DNA of 64,000 nt from Candidatus Omnitrophota bacterium (GCA_023818695.1 JAMWCF010000001.1:403306-467305); one strand, 5' to 3'; shown: positions 49,974 to 60,385, numbered from the stretch's first letter. Numbers and translations: made by a program. The notes: a model not told the origin generated them from the sequence alone.

Positions 49974-50991
49974 AGAGGGACATATCGAGCGTTTTGAGCT
50001 TCTCGACGGCCTTTTCCATGGAAACAGCGACGATCTTGTTGCCGTTCAAGCTCACCATCTTGCCGAATTCGCCGTTTCTCACAAGATCGACAGCATGCAC
50101 GCCGAAACGGGTCCCCAACACCCGATCGAACGCCGTCGGGGAACCTCCCCTTTGGACATGCCCCAACACGGTGACCCGGGTCTCAAACCCCGTTTTTTCC
50201 TCAATGATGCCGGCAAGAACCTCCCCGATTCCGCCCAAGCGGACATGACCAAAAGCATCCAGTTTCTTGTCCTGTGAGACGTACTCTCCTTTCTTGAACT
50301 CAGCCCCTTCGGCAACCACGATGATGGAGAAGGTCTTACCCCTCTTATGCCGCTTATGGATCGCCGCGCACACTTCCGCTATATCGATGGGCAGCTCCGG
50401 CACGAGGATCATATCAGCGCCGCCGGCGATGCCAGCGTAAACGGCGATCCAACCGGCATGCCGGCCCATCACCTCCACCACCATGATCCGGTGATGGCTT
50501 TCGGCCGTCGTATGGAGGCGATCAATGGACTCCATCGCAATGTTGACCGCCGTGTCAAATCCAAAGGTATAGTCGGTTTCGGACAGGTCGTTGTCGATCG
50601 TCTTCGGAACGCCGACGACCGGGATCCCTTCCTTGACGAGCTTGGAAGCGACCCCCAGTGTGTCCTCGCCACCGATGGCGATCAAGGCGTCCAACCCCAG
50701 CGTTTTGAAATTTCTCTTTACCGCCTCCAGCAATTCCGGTTTCTTGTAGGGGTTGGTCCTCGAGGTATTCAGGATGGTCCCGCCGCGGTGCAGGATACCG
50801 GAAACAGACTGGATATCGAGGGCAACGGTCTCCTTGTCGACTAAACCCTTCCATCCGTTCTTGATCCCGACCACTTCGATCCCAACGAGAACTGACTTCC
50901 TGACGATAGCCCGGATGACCGGGTTTAACCCCGGGCAATCCCCTCCCCCGGTCAAAACGCCGATTTTCTTGACACTCATAGAAGCCGACAT
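49945..50991 (-). CDS. 6-phosphofructokinase, signature residues suggest the PPi-dependent type
   Basis: GVLTGGGDCPGLN. IGGEDT has Asp at the position equivalent to E. coli Gly104. PKTIDND has Lys at the position equivalent to Gly124. Confidence 0.9.
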   Translation of the reverse strand: MSASMSVKKIGVLTGGGDCPGLNPVIRAIVRKSVLVGIEVVGIKNGWKGLVDKETVALDIQSVSGILHRGGTILNTSRTNPYKKPELLEAVKRNFKTLGLDALIAIGGEDTLGVASKLVKEGIPVVGVPKTIDNDLSETDYTFGFDTAVNIAMESIDRLHTTAESHHRIMVVEVMGRHAGWIAVYAGIAGGADMILVPELPIDIAEVCAAIHKRHKRGKTFSIIVVAEGAEFKKGEYVSQDKKLDAFGHVRLGGIGEVLAGIIEEKTGFETRVTVLGHVQRGGSPTAFDRVLGTRFGVHAVDLVRNGEFGKMVSLNGNKIVAVSMEKAVEKLKTLDMSLYEIARIFFG

Positions 50992-50994
50992 GCG

Positions 50995-51591
50995 TTAAAA
51001 CCCTCCACGGAAGGGGGTACTCAACTGCTCTTCCCGGCGGCTTGGACGGGGCCCCTCTTCCCGATGGGAAATCTTGGCCACATGGATTCTTACATAAATC
51101 GGCTCCTCAATACCCGCCAGCATTTCAGACACCCTGGCTTTGACAACCGATTGAAGCTGCTCCGTTACCTCCGGGATATGCGCCTCTGCCCACAAGGAGA
51201 CCTTGGCCCGCACTACGATCTTCCCCTTGCCGGCCACCACATCCGCACGGAGATCTCGGACCGAAGGGACCTCTTTAGCGGCGCGCCGGACAAAATCCTC
51301 CACGGCGGAGAGAGAAACCGTGACCTGACCATCTGGATTATCGAACGCGATGATCTTCTGGCGCTGAAGCTTCGCCAGCGTCAACTGAACGATGATCCAG
51401 TTCAGCAGAATGAGCCCGACTCCCGTCACAAAACAGGCGATACGGAGGTTCTTTTCCAAATAGGCCATCTCCAGCCATTGAAGAGCCCCCTCCACAGGCA
51501 CCCAGTGGAGGGAGAAACTGACCAGGCTGGCTCCCAAAAGGATGAACAAGGTCATATAACAGCCCATGATAATCCAGACAAAAAGCTTCAT
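50995..51591 (-). CDS. Asp23-associated membrane anchor protein (AmaP-like)
   Basis: Two N-terminal TM helices are followed by an Asp23-like soluble region (VTVSLSAVEDFVRRAAKEV...). The start overlaps the asp23-like stop by 4 nt. Confidence 0.6.
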   Translation of the reverse strand: MKLFVWIIMGCYMTLFILLGASLVSFSLHWVPVEGALQWLEMAYLEKNLRIACFVTGVGLILLNWIIVQLTLAKLQRQKIIAFDNPDGQVTVSLSAVEDFVRRAAKEVPSVRDLRADVVAGKGKIVVRAKVSLWAEAHIPEVTEQLQSVVKARVSEMLAGIEEPIYVRIHVAKISHREEGPRPSRREEQLSTPFRGGF

Positions 51592-51932
51592 TTTGGTTCA
51601 CTCCGTCTTGGTTTCACATGGTGGATGCTGACGTTGACCTCGGAAACGGTTAACCCGGTCATTCGTTCCACCATTTCCCGAACCCGATCCTGTACTTCAG
51701 TTCCAACTTCCGGCAAACTGACGCCGTAATCAACGACAAGGTTCAGCCACAACCGCGCCTCCTGGTCCTGAAGCTCCACCTGGACGGCGCTTTTGCCGAA
51801 ATACCGCTTCCACGGAACAACTCCTTCCCAGATACCGGAAACACCCATCACCTCTTGAGCAGCAAGGGCCGCGATCGAGCCGACGACGTCATCCCGTATA
51901 AAAACAGCGCCCAGATCAGCCCGGCGGGACAT
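51588..51932 (-). CDS. Asp23/Gls24 family envelope stress protein
   Basis: 114 aa. The pattern is DDVVGSIAALAAQEVMGVSG ... EVNVSIHHV. Confidence 0.85.
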   Translation of the reverse strand: MSRRADLGAVFIRDDVVGSIAALAAQEVMGVSGIWEGVVPWKRYFGKSAVQVELQDQEARLWLNLVVDYGVSLPEVGTEVQDRVREMVERMTGLTVSEVNVSIHHVKPRRSEPK

Positions 51933-51933
51933 G

Positions 51934-53307
51934 TCAGGAGCCCACCAGTTCGTTCGCCGGTTTCTGTGAACCGTAGAGGACTTCGACGAAATCGGTTGAG
52001 TACCTGCCGGAAACGAAGATCCGGTCCTTCATGACTTTTCTGTGGAAAGACAGTGTCGTTTTGACCGGTTCGACAACCATCTCCTCTAAGGCGCGAGACA
52101 TGGTATGGATGGCCTCCTGACGGTTCTTCCCATGAACGATCACCTTTGCCAAAAGAGAATCGTAGTGGGGCGGCACCTTGTAGCCGGTGTAAAGGTGGCT
52201 GTCCACCCGCACACCGGGCCCACCCGGCGGCTGGTAAGCGGTGACCTGTCCGGGACACGGCATGAAATCCTGGTCCGGGTCTTCAGCGTTGATCCGGCAC
52301 TCGATGGCATGGCCCGACCATCGGATATCCTCCTGAGAGAAGGGGAGCCGTTCCCCCGCCGCAACCCGGATCTGCTCCTTGATCAGATCAATGCCGGTCA
52401 CCATCTCGGTGACCGGGTGCTCCACCTGGATGCGGGTGTTCATCTCCATAAAATAATAATTCCCCTGTTCGTCCACGAGGCATTCCACGGTACCGACGGA
52501 ATTGTAATTGACCGCCTTCGCCCCGCGAACAGCCATCTCACCCATCTTTTTCCGAAGTTTGGAGTCGACGACCGGAGAGGGGCTCTCCTCAATCAGTTTC
52601 TGGTGCCTTCTCTGCACCGAGCAGTCCCTCTCCCCAAGACTGACCACGTGGCCATACGCGTCACCGATAACCTGGATCTCCACGTGGCGCGGTTTTTCGA
52701 TGTACTTTTCAATGTACACATCGGGAACCCCGAACGCCGCCTCCGCCTCCGCTTGAGCAGTCATGAAAGCGCTGATGAGCCTCACATCGTTGTGAGCGAC
52801 GCGCATCCCTTTGCCGCCGCCGCCGGCGGACGCCTTGATAATGACCGGATAGCCGATATGTTTGGCTATCTTGAGCGCCTCTTCCTTCGTTTTCACGCCG
52901 CCAGCGGAACCGGGGATCAACGGCACGCCGGCCTTCCCCATGATCCGTTTGGCTTCAATCTTGTCTCCCATGGCCCGGATGGCATCCGGGGAGGGTCCGA
53001 TGAACCTGATCTTGCAAGATTCGCAGATCTCGGCAAAATGAGCGTTTTCCGCCAGAAAACCGTAACCCGGATGGATGGCCTCAACATCGGTGATTTCAGC
53101 GGCACTGATGATGGCGGGAATGTTTCGATAGCTGGAGGCCGATGGAGCGGCGCCGATGCAAACCGCTTCATCGGCCATCCGAACATGCAGGGACTCGATG
53201 TCCGGCTGGGAGTAAACGGCGACGGTCCGAATCCCCAGTTCCTTGCACGCCCGGATCACTCGGACGGCAATTTCACCACGGTTTGCTATGAGAATTTTTG
53301 AAAACAT
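51934..53307 (-). CDS. accC: Acetyl-CoA carboxylase biotin carboxylase subunit
   Basis: [20 protein letters not shown] at the N-terminus and ATP-grasp motifs throughout. The protein is 457 aa. Confidence 0.95.
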   Translation of the reverse strand: MFSKILIANRGEIAVRVIRACKELGIRTVAVYSQPDIESLHVRMADEAVCIGAAPSASSYRNIPAIISAAEITDVEAIHPGYGFLAENAHFAEICESCKIRFIGPSPDAIRAMGDKIEAKRIMGKAGVPLIPGSAGGVKTKEEALKIAKHIGYPVIIKASAGGGGKGMRVAHNDVRLISAFMTAQAEAEAAFGVPDVYIEKYIEKPRHVEIQVIGDAYGHVVSLGERDCSVQRRHQKLIEESPSPVVDSKLRKKMGEMAVRGAKAVNYNSVGTVECLVDEQGNYYFMEMNTRIQVEHPVTEMVTGIDLIKEQIRVAAGERLPFSQEDIRWSGHAIECRINAEDPDQDFMPCPGQVTAYQPPGGPGVRVDSHLYTGYKVPPHYDSLLAKVIVHGKNRQEAIHTMSRALEEMVVEPVKTTLSFHRKVMKDRIFVSGRYSTDFVEVLYGSQKPANELVGS

Positions 53308-53326
53308 CGGTCAATGGGCAGCCTGT

Positions 53327-53776
53327 CTAAGAGGGTTCCACGACGAAAAGAACCTGGCCGAATTCCACCGGCTGCGCGTTTTCCACGGCGATCTTGACGA
53401 TCCGACCCTTCACCTCGGATTTAATCTCATTCATGAGCTTCATGGCTTCAATGATGCATAAAACCTGTCCCGGCTTGATCTCCTGCCCCACCTCCACGAA
53501 GGGAGGCGCCTCCGGAGCGGGCGCCCGGTAAAAGGTTCCCACCATCGGCGACTTGATTTCTGTTCCTGTTGCCTTGGGGGCCTGTTCGGGAACCGGCATT
53601 GGCGCAACGGCAACCTGCGGCGAGGCGGCGATTGCCCTTTCAATCACGACCCCATCGCCCGCAACTGCTCCCGCTTTCTTCAGCCGGATTTTCATCCCTT
53701 CCCGTTCCAGTTCCACCTCGATCAGCTGATGCTCATTCATAAGAGCGATTAGCTCTTTGAGTTCTTTTAGGTTCAT
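53327..53776 (-). CDS. accB: Acetyl-CoA carboxylase biotin carboxyl carrier protein
   Basis: Biotinylation motif EAMKLMNEI and an Ala/Pro-rich linker. The protein is 149 aa. Confidence 0.9.
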   Translation of the reverse strand: MNLKELKELIALMNEHQLIEVELEREGMKIRLKKAGAVAGDGVVIERAIAASPQVAVAPMPVPEQAPKATGTEIKSPMVGTFYRAPAPEAPPFVEVGQEIKPGQVLCIIEAMKLMNEIKSEVKGRIVKIAVENAQPVEFGQVLFVVEPS

Positions 53777-53832
53777 CTGGAAATCATCCCCTCGTTGAAA
53801 ATCGCTCTGGAATAGAACCCCGGCCAGGAAGT

Positions 53833-54393
53833 TCAGGCGCGGCCGGAATATTCGCCGGTTCGCGTGTCGACCTTGATCACATCCCCAGGACCGATAAACA
53901 AAGGCACTTGAATCTTCAGGCCCGTTTCCAGCGTGGCCGGCTTCATGGCCGCCTTGGAGGTATCCCCTTTGAGGCCGGGATCCGATTCGGTCACCTTCAA
54001 GGAAACGGTGGTCGGCAGTTCGATGCTGACCAAACGCCCTTCGTAAAGCTCGGCTCGCACCTCCATATTCTCCAGGAGGTAATTGACCGAGTCTCCCAAA
54101 TCCTTGGCCTGAAAGGCCCGATCCTCATACGTTTCCAAGTCCATGAAATGGTAGGTATCGCCGGCTCTGTATTGGTACTGGAGAGGCTTCTTCTCTATGA
54201 AGGCATCCTGAAACTTCTCCCCGGCATCGTACGTCCTGTCAATGACGTTGCCGGTCTTGAGGGACCGGAATTTGGTCCTGACAAAGGCGGCTCCCTTACC
54301 GGGCTTCACATGCTGGAAATCCACGATCACAAAGAGCTCTCCATTAATGAGAAGAGCCATCCCCTTTTTGAATTGAGACGTTGAAATAGGCAT
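53833..54393 (-). CDS. efp: Elongation factor P
   Basis: The N-terminus ...[16 protein letters not shown] contains the conserved modified-Lys loop. The protein is 186 aa. Confidence 0.95.
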   Translation of the reverse strand: MPISTSQFKKGMALLINGELFVIVDFQHVKPGKGAAFVRTKFRSLKTGNVIDRTYDAGEKFQDAFIEKKPLQYQYRAGDTYHFMDLETYEDRAFQAKDLGDSVNYLLENMEVRAELYEGRLVSIELPTTVSLKVTESDPGLKGDTSKAAMKPATLETGLKIQVPLFIGPGDVIKVDTRTGEYSGRA

Positions 54394-54404
54394 AAGCAGT
54401 TATT

Positions 54405-54866
54405 CTAACGTTTATGGCCGGAGTTCGTCAATAAACCGTGCAGCGCTTCAAGCCCAAGCAGGTAACTGTGCGCCCCGAAACCGGAAACCTGGCCGCTGAC
54501 AACCGGCGCCATGAGCGACTGCTGACGGAACGATTCCCGCGCGTGGATGTTGCTCAAATGGACTTCGACCGCTGGGAGGGCGGCCGACTCCAGGGCATCC
54601 CGTATGGCGACGGAGGTGTGCGTGTAGGCGGCCGGGTTGATCAAAATCCCGTCGTAACGGCTGTGGGACGCGCCAATGGCATCCACAATCTCCCCCTCAT
54701 GGTTCGACTGGAGGATCGTGAGGGTCACTTTCAACTCTTTCGCCCGCTGCCGAAGCGCTTGGTTGACGGCGTTCAAAGTCGTACGGCCGTAAACGGAAGG
54801 GTTCCGGCGTCCCAGCAAATGCAGATTGGGTCCATGAATGACGAGGATTTTCTTGGGAGATTTCAC
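54405..54866 (-). CDS. aroQ: Type II 3-dehydroquinate dehydratase
   Basis: [15 protein letters not shown] and the downstream HLSNIHARE motif. GTG at 54866 overlaps the upstream stop (GTGA). The ORF-track start at 54995 overlaps the Trm112-like gene. Confidence 0.9.
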   Translation of the reverse strand: MKSPKKILVIHGPNLHLLGRRNPSVYGRTTLNAVNQALRQRAKELKVTLTILQSNHEGEIVDAIGASHSRYDGILINPAAYTHTSVAIRDALESAALPAVEVHLSNIHARESFRQQSLMAPVVSGQVSGFGAHSYLLGLEALHGLLTNSGHKR

Positions 54867-55054
54867 GAAATGCCCGTTGGTTGTTTTTTCTCGGGTTTGC
54901 GGCCCTCTTCCACCAGCAGAACGGGGATTCCGTCCCGCACGGGGAAAACCAGCCCGCAGGAAGCGCCCGTGCAGACAATGGTATCCCCACGCCATTCAAC
55001 ACTCGAACGACAAGCGGGGCACGCTAGGATCTCCAGCAGTTCCTTATCGATCAT
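54863..55054 (-). CDS. Trm112 family (UPF0434) zinc-ribbon protein
   Basis: 63 aa. [14 protein letters not shown] ... [18 protein letters not shown]. Confidence 0.8.
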   Translation of the reverse strand: MIDKELLEILACPACRSSVEWRGDTIVCTGASCGLVFPVRDGIPVLLVEEGRKPEKKQPTGIS

Positions 55055-55061
55055 TGGACCT

Positions 55062-56162
55062 TCACACTCCCTTCAGAGAAGCGGCCTGGCCTTCTTCGAA
55101 TGACAATTCCGCCGCCCTTTTTGACGGGGCCTCGATCGCCTTGAGCTTGTCTTCGAACTGGGACAGGTGCCGGTCCGCCTTTGAGAAATTCTGCGCGGCG
55201 TTGCCCAGCTGCTTGCCAACCAGGTCAAAATCCACCCGCAGCCCCGAGAGCTCCCTGTAAAGACTGCTCAAACCGGCCAGGATATCCTTCGCCCGCTGTT
55301 CGACCTCGAACCCCCTCAAACCGTGAAGGATGACCAGCAGGTAGGCGTAAAAGCTGTTCGGGGAAACCGGGATCACTTTTTTCTGGATTGCATGCTGGAA
55401 AAGCCCTTTCTCATCGCTGATGCCGTCCTCTCGGATCATCACCTCGTAATAGACGTTCTCCGACGGAATGTACATCAACGCAAATTCAAACGTCCCCTCC
55501 GAAGGCCGGATATACTTCCCCGCGATCGAATCGATGTGGTTTTTCACGTTTCGGATCAACGCCTTGCGGGCCTCGGCCCTCTCTTGGTCGGTGGCCGCCT
55601 GCGCGAGGCGCTGGAAGTTCTCCAGCGGGAACTTGGAATCGACCGGCACCAGGCGCCCGCGCATGCGGATCACCGCATCTACCCGTTCGCCGTCGGAAAA
55701 ACCGTGCTGGAACGCGTAGAATTCGTTCTTGGGCAGAATCTGCCTCAAGAGGTCCTCCAGAAAAAATTCGCCGATCCCGCCCCGCATCTTGGGGGCTCTC
55801 AACAGATCCTGCAGGGAGGAAACATCGCGGCCGACCTCCTCCACATCTTTGATTGCTTCTTGAAGCCGGCCCAATTCCTGCGACGCCTTGGTCATGGTGT
55901 CGTTGACCTGCTGAAGCTTCTGGCTGACCGTGAGTTCGGTCGTTTGGACCTGCCCCTGCATCTGGCTCCACACCTTCTGGATCTCCAACGCGAACTGCTT
56001 CAACAACTCGTCCCGCAGGAGGTTCAGCTTGGCCTCTTCTTTCCGTTCCAGCGCCTGCTGCATCTCCAGCGGCAGCGGGGAACGGACAAGCCGCCAGAGA
56101 AACAAAACCATCATTCCCAGCAGAAGAACGGCGGCTATCCCCAGCCACGTCCACAGCATCAT
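55062..56162 (-). CDS. rmuC: DNA recombination protein RmuC
   Basis: N-terminal TM helix (MMLWTWLGIAAVLLLGMMVLFL), a long coiled coil and a C-terminal RmuC nuclease-like region (VDAVIRM...VPVDSKFP). Confidence 0.85.
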   Translation of the reverse strand: MMLWTWLGIAAVLLLGMMVLFLWRLVRSPLPLEMQQALERKEEAKLNLLRDELLKQFALEIQKVWSQMQGQVQTTELTVSQKLQQVNDTMTKASQELGRLQEAIKDVEEVGRDVSSLQDLLRAPKMRGGIGEFFLEDLLRQILPKNEFYAFQHGFSDGERVDAVIRMRGRLVPVDSKFPLENFQRLAQAATDQERAEARKALIRNVKNHIDSIAGKYIRPSEGTFEFALMYIPSENVYYEVMIREDGISDEKGLFQHAIQKKVIPVSPNSFYAYLLVILHGLRGFEVEQRAKDILAGLSSLYRELSGLRVDFDLVGKQLGNAAQNFSKADRHLSQFEDKLKAIEAPSKRAAELSFEEGQAASLKGV

Positions 56163-56172
56163 CTCTCTCCCC

Positions 56173-56631
56173 CTATAAAGGACGTCCCTGATCCACCTTG
56201 CTGACGTACTGCATCCGCAGTTCGTAAAGGAGGTTGTCCAACAAGGCGATTTCATCGCCGTTGAGATTCCCGGCGGTCTTTTCCTTCAGCATGCCTAGGA
56301 CGTCGATCAGATAGCGGGCCTGCTCCAGATCGATCTGCGACTGGCGGGTAACCGGATGGGGAATCTCCCCCAAAGCGATCATCGCCTGCATGGACAGGGT
56401 GGAAAGGAAAAAGGCGAACTCCGACTGCTCCTGCCCGGCCGGCCTAGTACGGGCCTGCGGACCCGGTTCAGGCCGCTTCTCTTTCGGCGCAGGGCCGGCC
56501 TGCCGGCTTTCCGGAGAAAAGGCGGCGGCCTGTTTCGCGGATGAGGCCTGCCCCTTCTCCCGTTGAACCCGTTCCTTCCAGTCTTCATCCACCTTCTTCA
56601 CGACTTCACGTGATTCGTCGCTCATTGCCAT
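56173..56631 (-). CDS. DUF1844 domain protein
   Basis: FAFFLSTLSMQAMIALGEIPHP...QIDLEQARYLIDVLGML is the DUF1844 core. ATG at 56631 (MAMSDESREV) was chosen. Confidence 0.7.
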   Translation of the reverse strand: MAMSDESREVVKKVDEDWKERVQREKGQASSAKQAAAFSPESRQAGPAPKEKRPEPGPQARTRPAGQEQSEFAFFLSTLSMQAMIALGEIPHPVTRQSQIDLEQARYLIDVLGMLKEKTAGNLNGDEIALLDNLLYELRMQYVSKVDQGRPL

Positions 56632-57473
56632 ATGATCCCCGCATATCCCATGACGGAATCCCGAAAACCTATCTGCTGGGCGCTCGTCCGGTAAGAAACC
56701 AGCCGGGATCGGCCCGCCCCCAACTCCCTTGCCGCAGTCATCACTACGGCTGCCACCTGAACGCCGCACACCGGTATCGCATCCCTCTGAACGGTCTTCA
56801 GGAATCCCTCTTCGTCGAATCCCAGGAGGGCGCGAATGACCGTCTCATCCTTCTTCCGAACATCTTCCAGAGGTTCGAAGCTTGAAAGATTCACCGAGGC
56901 GACGAGCAGCGGATTTTCCCCGGAAGCCCGTAGTGCCCTGGCAATCCCCCTGCCGAGCTCTCCAACCCGGAGGGGATCTTTATCCGATAATACAACAGGA
57001 ACAAACCAATGGATACCCACAAATCGCTGGAGAAACGGCAACTGGACCTCCGCCGAATGCTCATCCCGGTGACCGCCGCTGTCTTTTTCCAGGATCCCAT
57101 CAGCTTCCTTATAAATCGCCTCGGCCAATTCCTGAAAAACAGGCAGTTTCCCCAGCGGCGTCCGCCATATCCCACCGCACACAATGCTGGCGGAGGACCC
57201 CTGCGTGTGCCGCGGACCTATGATGACGGCTCCGCGCGCACGGCCCACCTGGGCGTAAACCGACGCAGCCACTTCTCCGGAGGCCGTATCCCCCCCATGC
57301 GGGACGCAGACGGCAACCACTCTTTCCTTTCCCTTGGAAACCTGTCCTGCGTCTCCCAAAAGATCCAGGGATCCCCGCAAGGTGTTCTCTTGGGCCGCAT
57401 AAAAGATCCCGGCAACGGCCGGTTCACGAATGGGCCCCGTCCTACCTTTTCTTTTGACCGTGCGGCCCGACAT
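56622..57473 (-). CDS. Memo-like protein (AmmeMemoRadiSam system protein B family)
   Basis: VAGIFYAA near the N-terminus and the conserved His/Asp pattern (VCVPHGG ... HSAEVQLPFL). ATG at 57473 was chosen. Confidence 0.75.
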   Translation of the reverse strand: MSGRTVKRKGRTGPIREPAVAGIFYAAQENTLRGSLDLLGDAGQVSKGKERVVAVCVPHGGDTASGEVAASVYAQVGRARGAVIIGPRHTQGSSASIVCGGIWRTPLGKLPVFQELAEAIYKEADGILEKDSGGHRDEHSAEVQLPFLQRFVGIHWFVPVVLSDKDPLRVGELGRGIARALRASGENPLLVASVNLSSFEPLEDVRKKDETVIRALLGFDEEGFLKTVQRDAIPVCGVQVAAVVMTAARELGAGRSRLVSYRTSAQQIGFRDSVMGYAGIIWQ

Positions 57474-60096
57474 CGACGATCTCGGCCAGCGTGCCGGATT
57501 CACCGGACGAACCGGCCTCTTCCCCACCTGCTGGCTGTCCGATGACAATGGCGCACCGGTTGGAATCAAGAACTGTCCGGGCAAATGACCGCAACTGCTG
57601 GGAGGTCAATTCCCGAATTCTGGCTTCATAGCGCCGCGGGTAATCGTATCCGAGCCCATACAGCTCATCCAACCCCAACTGCGATACCTCGGCGGACTGG
57701 GTCTGTCTGGCGATCCGCCTGGCTCCCAGGAGCCCCTGTTTTGCATCCTGCAGCTCCTTGTCCGGGACGGGAACGGTCGACAGACGGGATATCTCCTCAA
57801 GAAGAACCTTTCTGATATTTTCAATCTGGGCCGGTTCCGCAACCGCGTAAAGAACGAAAGCGCCCGGCTCCAGTCCGTGAACCGCAAAAGAGCCGACGGT
57901 ATAAGCCAACCCCCTCTTCTCCCGGACCTCCTTGAAAAGCCGGCCGGCGCCACCTGAAAGGATCGTGTCAAGCAGGTCCAGCTCCGCGATAGAAGGGTCT
58001 GAAAGGCCGACGGTGTGAAATCCGATCATGATCAACCCCTCTTTACGGGAAACCGCTTCCACATGCTCCTTCGGGCCGCTCAAGGCCGGCTCCGGAGGAT
58101 GGATAACCTGCTCTCCTGTGCCCGCGGACAGACCACCGAAGGCCTGCCGGCACATGGAGAGGACCTTCTCCTTCTGGAAATCACCGACGATGCTGATCAC
58201 CATCCTTTCCGGCACCAGCACCCGCTTGTAAAAATTTCTCAACTCTTCCGGCCGCAGTTTTGCAACCCGGTCTGGATCGCCGCTGGGATCGAAACGGTAG
58301 GGGTGCGTTGTGAAGAGGGTCCCCATCATCCGCTTGGCCCCCCACGCAAACGGATCCTCCTCGGCGGTTTTGATCTGCGCCAACAGGAGCTGTCTTTCCT
58401 TCTCCAGCTCCTGTTCCGGGAAATGGGAGTGGAGGATCAGATCGGCGAGAAGCCGCATCGATTCCTCCAAACCATCAGGCGTCACCTCCATGCTCAAACC
58501 GATGCTGTTTCTTCCGGAAAAAGGATGTAGGGTTCCCCCTAAGCCGTTGATCTCCTCTACGATCTGCTGTGCCGACCGGCGCGGCGTCCCCCTCATCAGC
58601 ATCCGGGCCGTCAGGGTGGAGATGCCGTTGTTTTCTTCGGTCTCATACCGGACGCCGCCGAGAAAAGAGACCTGCAGGGTCACCAGAGGAACCCGATGAT
58701 CCTCCCTCAACAGGATCCGAAGCCCGTTCTGTAGGACCTCCTTCTCGGCATGCCTCTCACCGCCTGCTCCCGGCGCGGAGACCTGTTGTCCGAATCGCTC
58801 CAGCGCACCCCTTGGGAAAAGGGTAACCGTCGTCGCAGTCTGCGCTTTCAGATACAACAGGGCAGCTCTGCGGATATCCTCCGCCGAAACCGATTGAATC
58901 CCTTCCAGGTACCGGTAAGAAAACGCCGGATCCCCCACCAAAACCTCATTGCCGGCCAGATCGGCTGCCAAACCGGTGACCGTCTGCCTGTCGGCCCAAT
59001 AATGCCGCAGAAGAGCCCTCTTGGCCGATTCGATCTCCTGCTGTGAAAACAGCTCTTTTGAAGCCCTCTCCACCTGTTCCCAAATCCCCCGAACCGCTTC
59101 CTGAACCTTTTCCGGCTCGGACCGGAACGTCACCACAAAGAGACCGGGATCCTGCGGGGTATAGTTCCAGGAACTGACCGAATGGACGATCCCCGTTTCC
59201 TTCAAAGACCTGTCCAGCCAGGAACCGCGGTATCCTCCCAGCAATCGAGCCAAGAGATCCAAAGCAAACAGGTCCGGATGGGCGACGGCAACCGAAGGGA
59301 ACCCGACGGCGGCCATGGCCGTGGCCACATCCGCCTCCCGGCTGATCTGCCTGGGACCGGTTAGCGGCGGCTCCTGCGGAAGAGGTTCCAGCGCGATCCG
59401 TCCCGGTTCGATGCCTGCCGTCAACCCTTCAAGCCGTTTGAACACCGCTTCCGGCTCCACATCCCCTACGACGGCCAAAACAATCTGATGAGGCCGATAC
59501 CACTGCCGGTGATAAGCCACCACCTCTTCACGGCTCAACTTCGTCAATAACGGCTCATACCCGATGATCGGAATCCGGTACGGGTGCACCCTGTAAGCGG
59601 TTTCAAACAGGGACTCCCACAGCAGGTGGTCCGGATCATCCTTGCCGAGCTTCAATTCACGCAGAACGACATCCTTCTCTTTGGCGAATTCGGCGGGGTC
59701 AAAGCTTGAAAAAAAGAGGGCGTCGACCAAAAGATCGGCACCTTCCGACCAAAACTCCTTATTGACGATCAGCTGGTAGCTGGTGGTGTCGTAGGTGGTG
59801 AACCCCTGGGACGTCCCCCCGTAGGATCTGGCCTCCTGTTCGACCGCCCCGACAGGCCTCCGGGAAGTCCCTTTGAACAGCATATGCTCCAGGACGTGAG
59901 AAATCCCGGTCCCCAGAAAGGCCCCCTCCCTCGCGGAGCCAGTCCTGACGGTCGCGTGAAAAGCGACAAGCGGATGGGCCCTGTCCTGCTGGACGATGAC
60001 GGTCAAACCGTTGGGAAGGACCTTCCGGAGGTAGGCAGGGGGCCGCCTCTCCTTCGATGAGAGATCAGAAAAGATCGGTCTTTCCGGAACAGCCAT
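57442..60096 (-). CDS. Tandem M16 (pitrilysin/insulinase) family zinc peptidase
   Basis: HVLEHMLFKGT (HxxEH) in the first half. A second M16-like half follows from about residue 450. The protein is 884 aa. Confidence 0.85.
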   Translation of the reverse strand: MAVPERPIFSDLSSKERRPPAYLRKVLPNGLTVIVQQDRAHPLVAFHATVRTGSAREGAFLGTGISHVLEHMLFKGTSRRPVGAVEQEARSYGGTSQGFTTYDTTSYQLIVNKEFWSEGADLLVDALFFSSFDPAEFAKEKDVVLRELKLGKDDPDHLLWESLFETAYRVHPYRIPIIGYEPLLTKLSREEVVAYHRQWYRPHQIVLAVVGDVEPEAVFKRLEGLTAGIEPGRIALEPLPQEPPLTGPRQISREADVATAMAAVGFPSVAVAHPDLFALDLLARLLGGYRGSWLDRSLKETGIVHSVSSWNYTPQDPGLFVVTFRSEPEKVQEAVRGIWEQVERASKELFSQQEIESAKRALLRHYWADRQTVTGLAADLAGNEVLVGDPAFSYRYLEGIQSVSAEDIRRAALLYLKAQTATTVTLFPRGALERFGQQVSAPGAGGERHAEKEVLQNGLRILLREDHRVPLVTLQVSFLGGVRYETEENNGISTLTARMLMRGTPRRSAQQIVEEINGLGGTLHPFSGRNSIGLSMEVTPDGLEESMRLLADLILHSHFPEQELEKERQLLLAQIKTAEEDPFAWGAKRMMGTLFTTHPYRFDPSGDPDRVAKLRPEELRNFYKRVLVPERMVISIVGDFQKEKVLSMCRQAFGGLSAGTGEQVIHPPEPALSGPKEHVEAVSRKEGLIMIGFHTVGLSDPSIAELDLLDTILSGGAGRLFKEVREKRGLAYTVGSFAVHGLEPGAFVLYAVAEPAQIENIRKVLLEEISRLSTVPVPDKELQDAKQGLLGARRIARQTQSAEVSQLGLDELYGLGYDYPRRYEARIRELTSQQLRSFARTVLDSNRCAIVIGQPAGGEEAGSSGESGTLAEIVDVGPHGQKKR

Positions 60097-60140
60097 GGCC
60101 TGACCCCCGGACAGGAGATAGAAAAAGATGAGGAAGGTGA

Positions 60141-60311
60141 TTAAGTTCGTCTGCGGCCTTCTCGCAACTTGCGGCGCCGGACAACGGAGGGCTTTTCGTA
60201 ATGTTTTCGCGCCCGGACCACTTTTAAGATCCCCTCCCGCTCGACCTTTTTTTTAAGGCGGCGAAGGGCTTTTTCCAACGGCTCATTCTCTCGGACTTCA
60301 ACTGCAGGCAT
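60141..60311 (-). CDS. rpsU: 30S ribosomal protein S21
   Basis: Hand translation gives [56 protein letters not shown]. An AGAGGAG Shine-Dalgarno lies upstream. At 56 aa it is absent from the ORF track. Confidence 0.85.
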   Translation of the reverse strand: MPAVEVRENEPLEKALRRLKKKVEREGILKVVRARKHYEKPSVVRRRKLREGRRRT

Positions 60312-60336
60312 TCAACGTAACTCCTCTGTTTTAACT

Positions 60337-60365
60337 ATGATACATAAAATGGACCCCGCCGTCAA
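60337..60365 (-). promoter_or_regulatory. Candidate sigma70 promoter of rpsU
   Basis: On the minus strand: TTGACG (60360-60365), a 17-nt spacer, then TATCAT (60337-60342). Confidence 0.4.
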
Positions 60366-60385
60366 GGAAAGCTCCCGTCGGAAAT

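Noticed and set aside
49107-49997. 296-aa plus-strand ORF spanning the rfaE-II/gmhA region.
   Set aside because: It is antisense to two well-supported genes and is Arg-rich and featureless.
52105-53301. 398-aa plus-strand ORF, antisense to accC.
   Set aside because: accC is unambiguous on the minus strand. The antisense translation has no domain features. Long antisense frames are common opposite highly conserved GC-rich genes.
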